Origin: Raja brachyura
Taxonomy: Eukaryota
Assembly (NCBI GenBank): GCA_963514005.1
Contig: OY740782.1
Location: 150,412,001 to 150,476,000 of the forward strand
Reading direction: 5' to 3'
DNA: 64,000 bases
Positions 34,409 to 48,147 of the stretch are shown here, in pieces. Position numbers and translations under genes: made by a program. Every line of letters begins with the position of its first letter. Positions within the stretch are counted from its first letter, which is position 1. The notes under the pieces were generated by a model. The model did no database searches. It was not told the DNA's origin and was given only the letters and a program-made list of their open reading frames with translations.

Positions 34409-35869
34409 TCCCAGTTGGTACAGTGAAATGTGCGGTCACCATACAGCCCTACAGATAAAATGTCAATACCGAGAGTTGTTACATAAAAGGCAGTAGAGGA
34501 AATAGATACAAAGCAAACACAAAATTCTATTAAAATGTCATTAAGAGATCGGAAGGAAATTAATGGATGGCATAGTGCAGGAGGGGAATTGTAGATCGGT
34601 GCAGTGATTGGAGAAATTATCGGCATTCGGGATGATTCATGCGGTGTTGATTTTCAGATGCTGCTTCCAAAGAGCAAAGTTGAATGAAGGCACATTCTAA
34701 CCAATCAATCAATGTGCATATTTGTTGGATAATGTTTCAATGATTCAGACTACACTGGTTGGGCGGATGGTGTGGAAAGATCTAATAGAGATATCTGAAG
34801 AAGAATCCACTAGAGTTATCTGAGGAGATAGATAAAAACAGTAGTTAACCGATTTGTGAGGAAAGCACGAGGAGTGTCGAACATTTAAGGTGCATGCGGG
34901 CAATTATAGTTTCCCACGTTCCAACATAGTATTCTTCTGTGACTTGAATTTTAATTCATCATTGTATTTTCTATGCATCTGTGAATTTGTCACGTGTGGC
35001 ATTCATATGTATGCAGAGAATGTTATTGATCCCAGCCATTGTTGGTAAATAAAGGGATATGATACATGTTCTCAGTTAACCAAGCTTTGTAGAAAATATT
35101 ATTGACTAACATCATCCATATGCACTTCAACCTTATTTTTACAGGAGAGAACGTTGACAATTTAAAATAAATGTATCTGATGTAATCTGTTCGGAGATTT
35201 GCATTTCTTTCTCACTTTATCTGTTTTTGGCCTCTGGGGAAACATTGATTCTGTTTCTGTCCTTCAGTGAACGAACCTGGGTCTGGGGCTGTTGAAATCA
35301 GCCTTTATTTAAATCAGCTCATCTCTGTTTCCAGCCATTTTTAGAGCAACACAAAAAAGGCAATGAAGTTATAATTATCAACGGCGATTATATGTTTTAA
35401 TGATATTGGCAGTTAGCGCGAATCAACGGAATTCTCCGAGGGAGTCTATTTTATCATATCTTGTTCAAATAAAATGATGTGGTTTTATATTACGGATTCA
35501 CTTTGAATGTTATTTTGTTGTCCACTTGAATCTCCACTTGAAGAAATGTTTAAGCACGTGAGGTCAATGGAGGAATCGAGTTCTTTCCACACCTCCACTG
35601 TAGGCTTTTCATTATTAACACACATACACTTACGCACACACACACACAAACTTACACATACACACTCACACACACGCACACACACACGTACGCACGCATA
35701 CATACTCACACACACATAGCAGCGCACACACACTCGCATTCACAAACACACACACACATACTCAGCCACACACACGTACGCACACACACGTACGCACACA
35801 CACGTACGCACGCACAAATACACATACTCACACACACACAAACACACTCACACACATAGCAGCACACAT

Positions 35870-36300
35870 TCAGGCCTGCACGAAGCTTTTCAAAAAGGGG
35901 GGTGGCATGACAGGGTTACAAAAAATGTATGTGAAGTAATGTGCGCACAGCGCACATCACGACGTGAAGGCCCTCGCGGCCGGGGTTTTACATGATATCT
36001 GTTGCACTCTGAGCCTTATTTTGGAGTATTTTTGCACCAAATTTATGACCAATATTTCAGAAATAATTTTGGTGGAGTCAAGATTAATAATTGCAGCTGA
36101 TAAGTTTCATCAGGAAATTCCATATTTTGATGGCTGAAAATCAGTATTTTTTTGGGAAATCGGTATTTCTGCAACCTCATGTATTCTCAAATATCATTAT
36201 GGAATACTGAAAATCAGTACTACTGAATTGTGAAACCATTTTTGAAATGTGAATTTATAATTCTTGATTTTGATTCCATAACATAAAAATATATAATAAT
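35870..36300. mobile_element. Second copy of the hAT-like element end
   Basis: Closely matches 3005-3495 and starts CAGGCCTGCACGAAGCTTTTCAAAAAGGGGGG. Confidence 0.65.
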
Positions 36301-36747
36301 ATACATATTTGAACCCCATGTCGCCCCTGGATTTTGGAATATTCAATTGAAATATCTCCTGACCAAATTTGTGATGTATATGACCAACTGTAGAAGTTAA
36401 ACCTGGATAAATCCAACGTATAGTTGTGAATGTTGCTCAATAAATAACTACAGCACTGATACTCCATATTAAGAGCACTGATTTGCTGTTAAAATGAATT
36501 CCGCAATAACGTGTCAACGGTAGCTGTGACAATCGAACACTGCGGTTTTAATGTTTCACGTGTTCACAATTTAATAATCCATTTTAATAGATTAAATCAA
36601 ATAATAACATTGGGAATTAAAACACACTTGATAGTATTCCGCTATCAAACATAGTCAATGTTCGCTCTGAAGACATTTCCAGCGCAGTAGGGTCGGTGGG
36701 TGGGTCAATCAGAGCAGGATGGATAGATAGCGGGGGGTTGAGAGGGC

Positions 36748-36960
36748 AATCAATAGACAATAGGTGCAGGACAATAGGTGCCCTTCGAGCCAGCACCGCC
36801 ATTCAACGTGATCATGGCTGATCATCCCCAATCAGTACCATGTCCCTGCCTTGTCCCACTATCCCCTGACTCCACTATTTTTAAGAACCCCATCTAGCTC
36901 TCTCTTGAAAGCATCCAGAGAACCTGCCTCCACCGCCCTCTGAGGCAGATAATTCCACAG
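36748..36960 (-). mobile_element. CR1 3' tail
   Basis: (CAATAGA) tail and 3' UTR. Confidence 0.8.
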
Positions 36961-37059
36961 ACGGTGCGGAATGGATGGATTGAGGCAGGGGAATTAGTGC
37001 GTGTCGGTTAGATTAGGTAAAATTGTGAGGGGGGGGGGGGGCGTGGGGTTTTCAGTGGC

Positions 37060-37590
37060 GATCAGTACGGGATGGATTGGGGGGGGAAGAATCTGTACAG
37101 GATGGATTGGGTGGGATCAGTGAGGATGAATGGTGGGTCGGTACAGGATGAATGGGGGGGGGGATCAGAACAGGATGGATGGGGGGGACAGTACAGGATG
37201 AATGAGGACAGTACAGGATGGGGGGGGTCAGTGCAGGATGGATGGGGAGGGACAGTACAGGATGGGGGGGGGGGGGGAGGTCAGTGCAGGATGGAAGGGG
37301 GTATCAGTACAGGATTAATGGGGAGATCAGTGCAGGATGAATGGGTAGTTATTTACAAGATGGATTGGGTGATCAGTGCAGGATGGATGGGGGGGGGGTC
37401 ACTACAGGACGAATGGGGGAAGCAGTGCAGGATGGATGGGAAAGGGGGTCAGTGCAGGATGAATTGGGGGTCCTTTGTAGGATGGATTGGGGATGGCAGG
37501 AGAATCAATGTGAGGTGGATAGGGGGATCAGTGCAGGATGTATAGCTGGGGGGGAGAGAGCACAGGGGATGTCAGTGAGGACTGAATAGA
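37060..37590. repeat. G-rich minisatellite (about 20-24 nt unit CAGTRCAGGATGGATGGGGG)
   Basis: Visible tandem units with G-runs; followed by (GA)n at about 37692-37740. Confidence 0.85.
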
Positions 37591-37686
37591 GACGGGAATT
37601 GGGATCAGCGGGTCAGGCAGCATCTCGGGAGCAAAGGAATAAGTGACGTGAGAGTCGGGGTCCCAGGATAACGGGGGTGGAGGGCG

Positions 37687-37748
<62 letters not shown>

Positions 37749-38797
37749 AGGAAGGGGCAGAGGAGGTGGGGAGGAAGGAAGGTCAGCGCTCCTTGGACAA
37801 CACCGGCATCATTTCCCCGCTGCCTTGGCCGTCCCTGCCTCCCTCCCTCCCCCTTTGCGGCGGCACTTAGTTGGGAACTCTTCGCCACCGCCTCCCCTCC
37901 GGAGTGGCACATAGCGACCGCTATGGGGGCGCGCGGGGCCGCCGCTGCTGCTGCTGTTGGGCGAGGCCCGACATTCGCTCCGACCCTCGGTCACCCCGCA
38001 CTCCAGCCTCCGCCGCCCAAAGCCCAAAGCGAGGGCCCGCGGCGGGGAGGGGGAGGGGGAGGGGGAGGGGGGCGAGGGAGCGGCCGAAGAGGCGCCTGGT
38101 GACGGGTCACTGCCGCTGCCAGCAGTGTTCAGTCAGTCAGTCCTTCCCGCTTCCCACCCGGTGACGGGAGAACGGACCGCCCGCCCGCCCGCCGGCAGCG
38201 GCCCCTCTCCATGGCCGGCGGGGGGCGAGGCTCAGGCTCCGACGCCGCGGATGGATGGATGGATGGAGGCGATCGATGCCCCGCGCTGGGAGACACCGCA
38301 ACGGAGAAGCGGCCACTCCTTTTTGTCCCAAATCATCCCGCGGGTCGGATTGGACCATTCGCGGGGAGTTTAAAACACCCGATAAAAAAACAAACGGCTT
38401 CCCTCTCCCGTAACACAACGTAACACAATATTTCACGGCCCAATATTTTACTCACCCAAACTAGGCCCGGGGCGTCGAGTCGAGGCGAGGCATTTAAAAT
38501 GGCGGCGTCTAATGCCGCCCACTGCGCACGCGCGGAGAGACGGAGCGTCACCAGCTTCCCCCCAACTGCGCAGGTCGAGAATATTTTTTTCCAAATCATC
38601 CCGCGGCTCAATTTGTTTTTATTCTGGAAAAAAGGGGGGTGCGTCCGCACCCAACGCAACCCCCCTTCGGCCGGCCATGTCACATACATCAAGCACGATC
38701 CACTGCCATGTACGTCCAGGCCCAAGTAAGAATCTAATTGTACCGCTCTCGGCATTTATGAAAATTATACATTCTTGATACTTGACGCGTCATCTGT

Positions 38798-41160
38798 TAG
38801 AAACATAGAGGAAACAAAGAAAAAACATGTGCAGGAGTAGGCCATTTGGCCCTTCGAACAGGAACCACCATTCAACATAATCATGGCTGATCATCTAAAT
38901 TCAGTACCCCGTAATGCTTTTTCCCCATATTCCTTGATTCCATTAGTCCTAAGAGCTAAATTTAACTCTCTCTTGAAAAGATCCAGTGAATTGGCCTCCG
39001 CTGCATTCTGTGGCAGAGAGTTCCACAGATTCACAACTCTCTGGATGATTTTTTTTATCCTCATCTCAGTCCTACATGGCCTATCCTTTATTCTTAAACT
39101 GTGACCCCTGGTTCTGGACTCCCCCAACTAGCATCTAGCCTCTCAGTCCCGCCATCCCGGGAATTGACCTGGTGAACTTACGCTGCACTCCCTCAATAGC
39201 AATAATGTCCTTCCTGAAATTTGGAGACCAAAATTGCACACAATATTCCAGGTGCGGTCTCACCTGAGCCCTGTACAACTGCCAGTAGGACCACCTTGCT
39301 CCGAAACTCAAATCCTCACGCAATGGAGGCCAATGTGCCATTAGATTTCTTCACTGCCTACCGTACCTGCATGCTTACTGTCAGTGACTGATGTACAAAC
39401 ACACCCAGGTCTCGTTGCACCTCCCCTTTTCCAAATCTGACACCATTCAGATAATAAACTGCCTTCCTGTTCTTGCTACCAAAGTGGGGAACCTCACATG
39501 TATCCACATTATACTGCATGCATCTGTTTTATTTTAAGTCACCTTGCAGACTCATAGCATCTTCATCACAGCTCCCACTGTCATCCAGCTTTGTGTCATC
39601 CGTAAACTTATTTGGAAATGACACATTTAATTCCCTCGTCTAAATCGTTAATAAATATTGTAAATAACTGGGGTCCCAGCACCGAGCCTTGACGCACATC
39701 ATTCGTCACTGCCTGGCATTCGGAAAAGGACAAGTTAATGCCTATTCTTTGCTTCCTGTCTGCTAACCAGTTCTCTATCCATGTCAATACCCTTCCCCAA
39801 TACCATGTGATCTAATTTTGCACACTAATCACTTGAGTGGGACCTTGTCAAAGGTTTTTTCAAAGTCCGGATACACCATATCCACTGGCTCTCCCTTATC
39901 CATTTGTGGCGCATCTAAGACGGTGTGCCCACATTGATTTAATTTATGTGATGGTGTATTGGCAGTTTATAAGGTGCAGCAGTGAGGGGGAACCTCTGTG
40001 TTACTCCAGTTGCTGCGGGGACTGGAAATAGCAAGGCACTCCCCCCCATCTCAGCAGAAGCAACCTGGGGATGAATTAAGATGCACTGTGTCCTCATTTG
40101 CCTTCTCACACCTGCTTTTATACAGGTTATCTATCTGCTTTACGGTGCCCAACCTTGGGACCCGTAACACATTCTACTTGTTACATCCTCAAAAATTCCA
40201 GAAGATTAGTCAAGCATGATTTTCCTTCATAAAGCCATGCTGACTTTGACCAATGCTGTCATTGCTTTCCAAATGCACCGCTGTAACATCTTTAATAATC
40301 GACTCCAGCATCTTCCCCAGCACCGATCTAAGGATAACTGGTCTCTAATTCCCCGTTTTCTCTCTCCCTCCTTTCTTAATAAGTGGAGTTACAATGGTTA
40401 CCCTCCAGTATACAGGAACGGATCCAGTCGAGAGAATATTGAAAAATGATAACCAATGCATTCACGATTTCTAGGGCCACCTCCTTGAGTACTCTGGGAT
40501 GCAGACCATCAGGCCCTGGGGATTTATCTGCCTTCAGTCCCAACAGTTTACATAACACCATTTCCTGGCTAACGTGCGTTCCCTTCAGTTCCTCCCTCCC
40601 ACTAAATCCTCGGTCCCCATGTATTTCTGGGAGATTGTTTGTGTCCTCCTTAGTAAATACTGAACCAACGTACTCGTTTAACTGTTCTGCCATTTCCTTG
40701 CTTTCCATTAGAAATTCACCTGTCTCTGATTGTAAGTGACCTACATTTTCTTCACTGATCTTTTCCTTTTTACATATCTAAAGAAGCTATTGCAGTCAGT
40801 TTTGATTTTCCTCCCCTGTTAAGTTTTAAATTTCTCCCAGTCCTCTGGCCAATCTATATAACCTCTTCCTTGGATTTAACACTATCCTTGATTTCCCTCG
40901 TTAGTCACGTTGAGCCGCCATCCCCATATTATCTCCTTCTCTAGACAGGGATGAACACGTTTTGGAGTTCATCCATGCGGTCTTTAAATATTTGCGATTG
41001 CATCTCCACCATCAACACTTTAAGTATAATTTGCCAGTCTATCCTAGCCAATTGATGAGCCATGATCACATTGAATGATGGTGCTGGCTCGAAGGGCCAA
41101 ATGGCCTACTCCTGCACCTATTGTCTATTGTCTATTGTCAATTCCCGTCTCATACCCTCA
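38798..41160 (-). mobile_element. Degenerate CR1 LINE with nested insertions
   Basis: KADKSPGPDGLHPRVLKE, RPHLEYCVQFWSP; tail at about 38800. Confidence 0.88.
39905..40169 (-). mobile_element. Solo LTR (265 bp, probably Gypsy-type)
   Basis: TG...CA ends with imperfect inverted termini; 4-bp target duplication CATT (39901-39904 and 40170-40173); TATAAAA then ATTAAA on the minus strand. Confidence 0.8.
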
Positions 41161-41602
41161 ACGTCTCTTAATAGTTACTTAATAATATTTGGCTTGGTGC
41201 TGCATATAAAAGATGCTTCAATCCCTTTTGTTACTACACATGATCTTGGAAACAACACACCTTTCCTCCACAGTGAACATTATATTCAGTTTACATTTAA
41301 ATTGGAAAAGGCATTTCCCTCACATTTGATCCTCATTTACCATCTTAAATCCATTTTAATTTACGTGAAGCCGCCACCATTCAATGATCATCAATGATAG
41401 GCTGTTTTATAGAGTAAATTGCTAGATTCTGAAGAACATGGATGTGCTGAGGCATCTTGGAGTCCAAGTTCATAGCTCGTTGCAGTTGGCAGCACATGTA
41501 GATGGTAAAGTGGACGTATGGTATGCTTGCGTTCATTGCTAGGGGTATTGAGCATAAGGGTCAGGAAGTCATGTTGCAGTTCTATATGAGTAAAAGCAAA
41601 TT

Positions 41603-42180
41603 CTAAAAAGCAATCTGATCTTTCATAAAATTAATAAAGTTTAAGTCTTGAAGCAAAGTAGCATTAAATCGCCATTGTTTAGCACTAAACGTGGAATCAG
41701 GTAGATTGATTGATAGTTTCAAAGGTGCGTGATCAGAGATAGCGATTGCGTCATACTCACATGCAGTGACCGATGGAACTAGCCGAGAATCTAGCATAAA
41801 ATAATCAATCCTAGAATAACTGTGATAAACATGAGAGAAAAATGAAAATACTTTGTCATTTGGTTGTAAGAATCTCCAAACTTCTAATATTCCAGAGTCA
41901 AGTAAAAAATAATTAATGAAATTAGCTGATTTATTTGGAAGCACATGATCAGATGTAGACCTGTTAATCGAGAGGTTCAGACAGCAGTTGAAATCTCCAC
42001 CCATTATTAAAAAGTGTTCATTTAAATTAGGAAAGGATGCAATTAACTGTTTAAAAAACTCAGGGTGATCAATATTTGGTGCGTAGACACTCACCATAGC
42101 AACTAATAAAACCTCAGAATTTGTCATCTCATTTGATGCCAAGAAGGCGTTTGATAGAGCAGCATGGGAATACTTATTCA
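41603..42180 (-). mobile_element. L1-clade endonuclease fragment joined to an inverted RT fragment
   Basis: Minus: VYAPN, GGDFN, YSRIDYF, ISDHAP. Plus, about 42115-42180: VISFDAKKAFDRAAWEYLF. Confidence 0.8.
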
Positions 42181-42181
42181 A

Positions 42182-45100
42182 TCTATCTATCTATATATTA
42201 AAACTCTGTGTGTGTGTCGACTTTGTGGGTGGATGTCACATCCCATTTTTTTTTCAAATAACATTTTTGCCCTTTGATTCCGTGGTTCGCCAAAACCAGA
42301 AGCTCAAACTCCGCGATTTTTTCCAATTTGTTAGACATTACGCTTTTACATTCACTAATGCACTCCTCATTACATTCCAATTTTTTTCCGATTGGGAGGA
42401 GAGATAAGGTGACGGGCGGGTGGGGTAAGGCCCGATCCTGGGGAGGTGAAGAAGGGGAGTTGGGGGATTGAGGGAGAGGGGGGAATGGGGGAGGTGAGGA
42501 GGGAGAGTGTGGGAATAGAGGGAGAGGAGTGGGGGTGACAGGGAGTGGGGAATAGATGGACTGCCCCTACCCCTCTCCCCCTCCCTCCCCACTCTTCCCC
42601 CTCTCTCCCCTACCCCATCTCCTATTCGCTCCCCACTCTTCCCCCTCTCTCTCCTAGCCCATCCCCTCCCCACCCTCCCTTCACCCCCAGCTCCCCTCCC
42701 CCCCTTCCCCCTCTCTCAGCCCCCTCTCTCCCTCTCTCTCCCCTCCCATTTCTCTCACCCCTCCTCCCCTCTCACCCACCCAACCTCCCTCCCTCACCCA
42801 ACCTCCCCCTCCTCCTCCCCTCCATCCCCTCTCCCTCTGTCTCTTGCCCTTCTGTCTCTGCCCCTTTCTCTTTCTCTCTCCCCATTCTCTCTCTGCTCTC
42901 ATTCTCTACCCCTCCCTCTCCCTCCNNNNNNNNNNNNNNNNNNNNNNNNNNNNNNNNNNNNNNNNNNNNNNNNNNNNNNNNNNNNNNNNNNNNNNNNNNN
43001 NNNNNNNNNNNNNNNNNNNNNNNNNNNNNNNNNNNNNNNNNNNNNNNNNNNNNNNNNNNNNNNNNNNNNNNNNNNNNNNNNNNNNNNNNNNNNNNNNNNN
43101 NNNNNNNNNNNNNNNNNNNNNNNNNNNNNNNNNNNNNNNNNNNNNNNNNNNNNNNNNNNNNNNNNNNNNNNNNNNNNNNNNNNNNNNNNNNCCCTCTCTN
43201 NNNNNNNNNNNNNNNNNNNNNNNNNNNNNNNNNNNNNNNNNNNNNNNNNNNNNNNNNNNNNNNNNNNNNNNNNNNNNNNNNNNNNNNNNNNNNNNNNNNN
43301 NNNNNNNNNNNNNNNNNNNNNNNNNNNNNNNNNNNNNNNNNNNNNNNNNNNNNNNNNNNNNNCCCATCCCTCCACACCCTCCCCTCCACCCCTCCCCTAA
43401 CCCCTTCCCTCCACCCCATCACCCCTCGCCTACCCCCTTCCCTCCACCCCTCGCCTACCCCCTTCCCTCCACCCATCCCCCTCCCTTCCCCCCACCTCTC
43501 TCCCTCCCTTCCCCCAACCTATCCGCCTCCCTTCTCACCCCATCTCCTCCCTTCCCTTTCCCCCTCTCAGCCCCCCTCTCCCACCTCCCATCACTCTCTC
43601 CCCTCCTCTCCCACCCTCCCTCTCCTCCTCCTCTCCTCCACCACCCTCCCCTCCCCTGTCTCTTTCCCTTCTGTCTCTGCCTCTCTCACTGTCTCTCCCC
43701 ATTCTCTCTCTGCCCTCATTCTCTACCCCCCTCGCCCTCTCTAGACACGCCTGCAAGTTGGGGGCTATGCGTCAGTGGCTAGGGCGGTTATGGAGTAAAA
43801 GGATCTAATTAATAATATTAATATAATATCAAGAGGGTAGTTAGTGTGGGGTGGTTAGTGTGATGCCGCATACCCCCCACCCCACAAACGCGCGTTGCGG
43901 AAACAGACCCAACTTGGTCTAGTACTTATTTTAAACTCTGTGTGTGTGTGTCTTATGGGTAGATGTCACATTCCATTTTTTTCTTCAGATAACATTTTTG
44001 CCCTTTGATTCCGTGGTCCGCCAAAGCCAGAAGCTCAAACACCACGATTTTTTCCATTTTGCTAGACATTACGCTTTTACATTCACTAATGCACTCCTCA
44101 TTACATTTAGACATTTTTATGTACACAATTTGTAATATAATCCTTCCCCCCCCCCCCCCCCACAATATTTCAAAATGTTTAAAAAAAATCAAACTGCTCT
44201 CACCCATAGAATGTTGGTGAACATGCCATTGTGTGATGTCACAATGCCCAATGCTCACAGATGTCCAATCGGAATGGATCTCATTTACATCTTCCTTTGC
44301 CCCAGCCCCCAGCCCCCCCCCCCCGCAGTCTGTGTCGAGACGCGTGATCACATGTGTGGGAATAGAGAAAGAGAATTGGGGGTGAGAGGGAATGGGGAAT
44401 AGATGGACAGCCCCTACCGCTCCCCCTCCCACTCTTCCTCACCACTCTTTCCCCTCTCTCCCCCACCCCTCTCCCCTTCCCTCCACACTCTTCCCCCTCC
44501 CTCCCCTACCCCATCTGCCTCCTCACCTCCCTCCCCCCTCCCCCACACCTCTCACCCTTCCCCATCCCTCTCTCCTCCCCCTCTCCATCTCCCTCTCCTC
44601 ACCCCTCTCCCTCTCCTCCCCTTCCTCCTCCCACCCCATCCATCTCTCCCCCACCCCTCTTTCCTCTCTCCCCCCACCCCCTTCCCCCTCCCTAGACACT
44701 CTTCCTCCTCTCTCCCCTACCCCTCTCTCCTCCCCCTCTCCATCTCCCTCTCCTCACCCCTCTCCCCATCCTCCTCCCACCCCATCCCTCTCTCCCCACC
44801 CCCCTTCCCTCTCTCCCCCACCCCCCTTCCCTCTCTGCCCCACCCCCCTTCCCCTACCCTCCTGTCCCTCTTCCACCACTCCCCCTACCCCTCTCTCCCT
44901 TTCCTCCCCACTTCCACTTTTCCCCCTCCCCATCACTCTCCCTCCCCACCCATCTCCCTCTCCACGCCTCTCCCCCCCCACCCCTCTCTCCCCCTCCCTC
45001 CCCCCTCTCTCCACCCATCCCTTTTTCCCTACCCCTCTCTCCCACTTCCACCACTCCCCATACACCTCTCCCCTCCCTCCCCACTCTTCCACCTCTCTCC

Positions 45101-46060
45101 CCATCCTCCACCCCTCCCCATCTCCCTCCCCCACCACTCTCACCCCTCCATTCCCTCTCCCTCCCCACTCTCCTCTCTCTCCCTCCATCCCCCTCCCTCC
45201 ACACTCTTCCCCCTCTCTCCCCTCCCCCCTCCCTCCTATCCCTCCTTCTCCACTCTTCCACCTCTCCCACTTCCCCCATCCCTCTCTCTCCCCTTCCTTC
45301 CCCCTCCCCTCTCTCCTCCCCCACCCCTCCCTCCTCATGCCCCTCAAAACAATCTTTTCCCTCTCTTCCCCCACCCCTCTCCCCCTCCCTCCACACTCTT
45401 CCCCCTCCCTCCCCAACCCCATCTCCCTCCTCCCCTCCCTCCCTATCACTCCCCCCTCCCCCTTCCCCCATCCCTCTCTCCCCCTCCCCACCTCTCCTCA
45501 CCCCTCTCCCTCTCCTCCCACCCCCCTCCCTGTCTCCCCCCACCCCCTTTCCCTTCCCCCTCCCCGCTCTTTCCCCTCCCTCCACACTCTTCCCCCTCCC
45601 TCCCCTACCCCATCTCCCTCCTCCACACCTCTCGCCCCCTCCCCACCCCCACCCCTCTCTCCTCCCCCCTCTCCCTCTCCCTCCCTCCCCCCTTCCCCTA
45701 CCCCTCTCCCCCTCCCTCCCCACTATTCGACATCTCTCCCCTTCCCCCACCCCTGTCCCTTCCCACTTCTTTCCCTCCCCACCCCTCCCTATCTCACCCC
45801 CACCCCTTTCCCCTACCCCTTTCACCCTCTTCCACCACTCCCCCTACCCCTTCCCCTCCCTCTATCCCACTTCCACCACTCCCCCTTACACCTCTCCCTT
45901 TCTCCTCACCCCTCTCCCTCCTCCTACCCCCTCTCTCCCCCCAACCCTCTTCACTCCTATCTCCCCTCCACCCCCTCCCCTCTCTCTTGCACCACTCCCT
46001 GCTACCCCTCACCCCCTCACTCCCCACTCTTCCCCTCCCCTCTCTCCCCCTCCACTCCAA
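42182..46060 (+). mobile_element. Two tandem non-autonomous Helitron-like units with long C/T-rich interiors
   Basis: A|TCTATCTATCTATATATTAAAA 5' end and CTAG|T at 43919-43923. The first about 180 bp repeat immediately from about 43930. Contains an N gap at 42926-43362. Confidence 0.6.
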
Positions 46061-47920
46061 GGTTGACAATGGAAGATGCTCGGTGTGGGAATGGGGAGCA
46101 GAGCTTAACTGACTGTGAACCTTACGGAGAGAGCGTAAATGGTCGTCAAAACGTTCGCCTAGTGTACGCTTGGTCTCACCAATGTACACGAATGAGCATC
46201 GCGGGAAACAAATGCTGCACACGTGATCTGCAGAGGTGCATGTGAATCTGAGTCTGAACTGGGACGACTGCCCGCGTGGCTGGTGGAAGTGAAACAGGAG
46301 ATGTCCGGCCGGGTGTTACATTCCATGCGGATGTAGGGGAAATGCTTGGGAATGGAGCGGTTTCGGTGGGGAGAGATGAGCAGACCAAGCAACTGCGGAC
46401 AATGTGGTCTCTGCGGAAAGCGGAAGGGGCGGAAACGGAAAGATAGAGTCATAGAAACATAGAGTGATACAGTGTGGAAACAGGCCCTTCGGCCCAACTC
46501 GACCACACCGACCAACAATGTCCCAGCTACACTTGTCCCACTTGCCTGCGCTTGGTCCATAACCTTCCAAACCTGTGCTATCCATGTACCTGTCCAACTG
46601 TTTCTTAAACGATGGGATAGTCCCAGCCTCATCTACCTCTGGCAGCTTGTTCCATCCACCCATCACCCTCTGTGTGAAAATGTTACCCATCATATTCCTT
46701 TTCCCTTTCACCGTGAACCCATGTCCTCTGGTCCTCGATTCCCCTATTCTCATCATTTTGTACACCTCTATAAGATCACCCCTCATCCTCCTGCGCTCCA
46801 TGAAATAGCGACCTGGCCTACTCAACCTCTCCCTATAGCTAACACCCTCTAGTCCTGGCAACATCCTCGTAAATCTTTTCTGAACCCCTTCAAGCTTGAC
46901 AACATCTTTCCTATAACATGGTGCCCAGAACTGAACACAATATTCTAAATGCGGCCTCACCAACTTTTTATACAACTGCAACATGACCTCCCAACATCTA
47001 TACTCAATGCAATGACTGATGAAGGCCAAAGAGCCAAAAGCCTTGTTGACCAACTTATCTACCTGCGACTCGACCTTCAAGGAACCATGCACCTGTGCTC
47101 CTAGATCCCTCTGCTCTACAACACTACCCAGAGGCCTACCATTCACTGTGTAGGTCCTGCCCTTGTTCAAAGATGCAAAATGCAGCACCTCACTCTTCTC
47201 TGTATTAAATTCCATCAACCATTCCTCCGCCCACCTGGCCAATCGATCCAGATCCTGCTGCAATTGTTCACAACCATTTTCACTATCTGCTAAACTTACT
47301 TTTGTATCATCAGCAAACTTGCTAATCTTGCCCTGTATGTTCTCATCCAAATCATTGATGTAGATGACAAACAGTAACGGGCCCAGCACCGAACCCTGAG
47401 GCACACCACTAGTCACAGGCCTCCAGTCCGAGAAGCAACCTTCCACCATCACCCTCTGTTTCAGTACTTCCTCGACGGTAACCCTGACTGCTGTCATGAC
47501 ACTTCCAGTGACCGGATGCGACTGGAGATGAGATCACGTTGAAGATATTGGAAATGTCGGAGAATGATATATTATATGTGCAGGCTGGTGTGGTGCAAAG
47601 CGAGGTCCAGAGGAACGTTATCCTTGTTCCGTCTGAGGAAGGGCGAGCGAGAGCAGAACTGCGAGACACAGGGAAGATATGGATGGAGGTGTAATCCACA
47701 ACTGCACGGCTAAACCACGGCTACTGAAATTAAAGGAAGGTTTCGCATGTCGCTGGGTGAAAAGCGTTATCGTAGAAGTAGAAGAGACGGAGAAATCGAG
47801 AGTAAGGGATGGCTTCCTTGCAAGGGGCAGATTGGAAGGATGCAGTCAAAGTGACTGTGAGTCAGCGGGTATTAATGGACGTCTGTGCGTAGTCTACCTT
47901 TTGTGATGGAGACAGACAGA
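46060..47920 (-). mobile_element. Penelope-like element (GIY-YIG and RT end) interrupted by CR1 at about 46444-47460
   Basis: CSFVYIGETKRTLGERFDDHLRS (GIY-YIG). The nested CR1 has GVPQGSVLGP, FADD and RPHLEYCVQFW. Confidence 0.8.
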
Positions 47921-48147
47921 TCCTGAAAGCAGACTTCAGTCACAGAGATTGTCCTCGTGAATGTCCGTTGTTCTATTGAATTTCTCCATGTCAGTAACAC
48001 TCTCTGTAGACGTAAAGCCACTTAAGCGTCACTACGTTCTGCCAAATTCTGAAAGTATTTGACATTAAGTCAAGGTGAATTATCATCATTTATTCACATT
48101 TAAACTCTCTGACACGTCATTTTCACCATGTTATGCTGTTTATCTTA

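Noticed and set aside
37613-38778. Multiple overlapping ORFs in the GC-rich block (similarly 50291-50838)
   Set aside because: Expected from high GC content; no protein motifs.
42545-46245. Long Pro/Ser/Leu- and Gly/Glu/Arg-rich ORFs
   Set aside because: Stop-free low-complexity C/T DNA plus N gaps.
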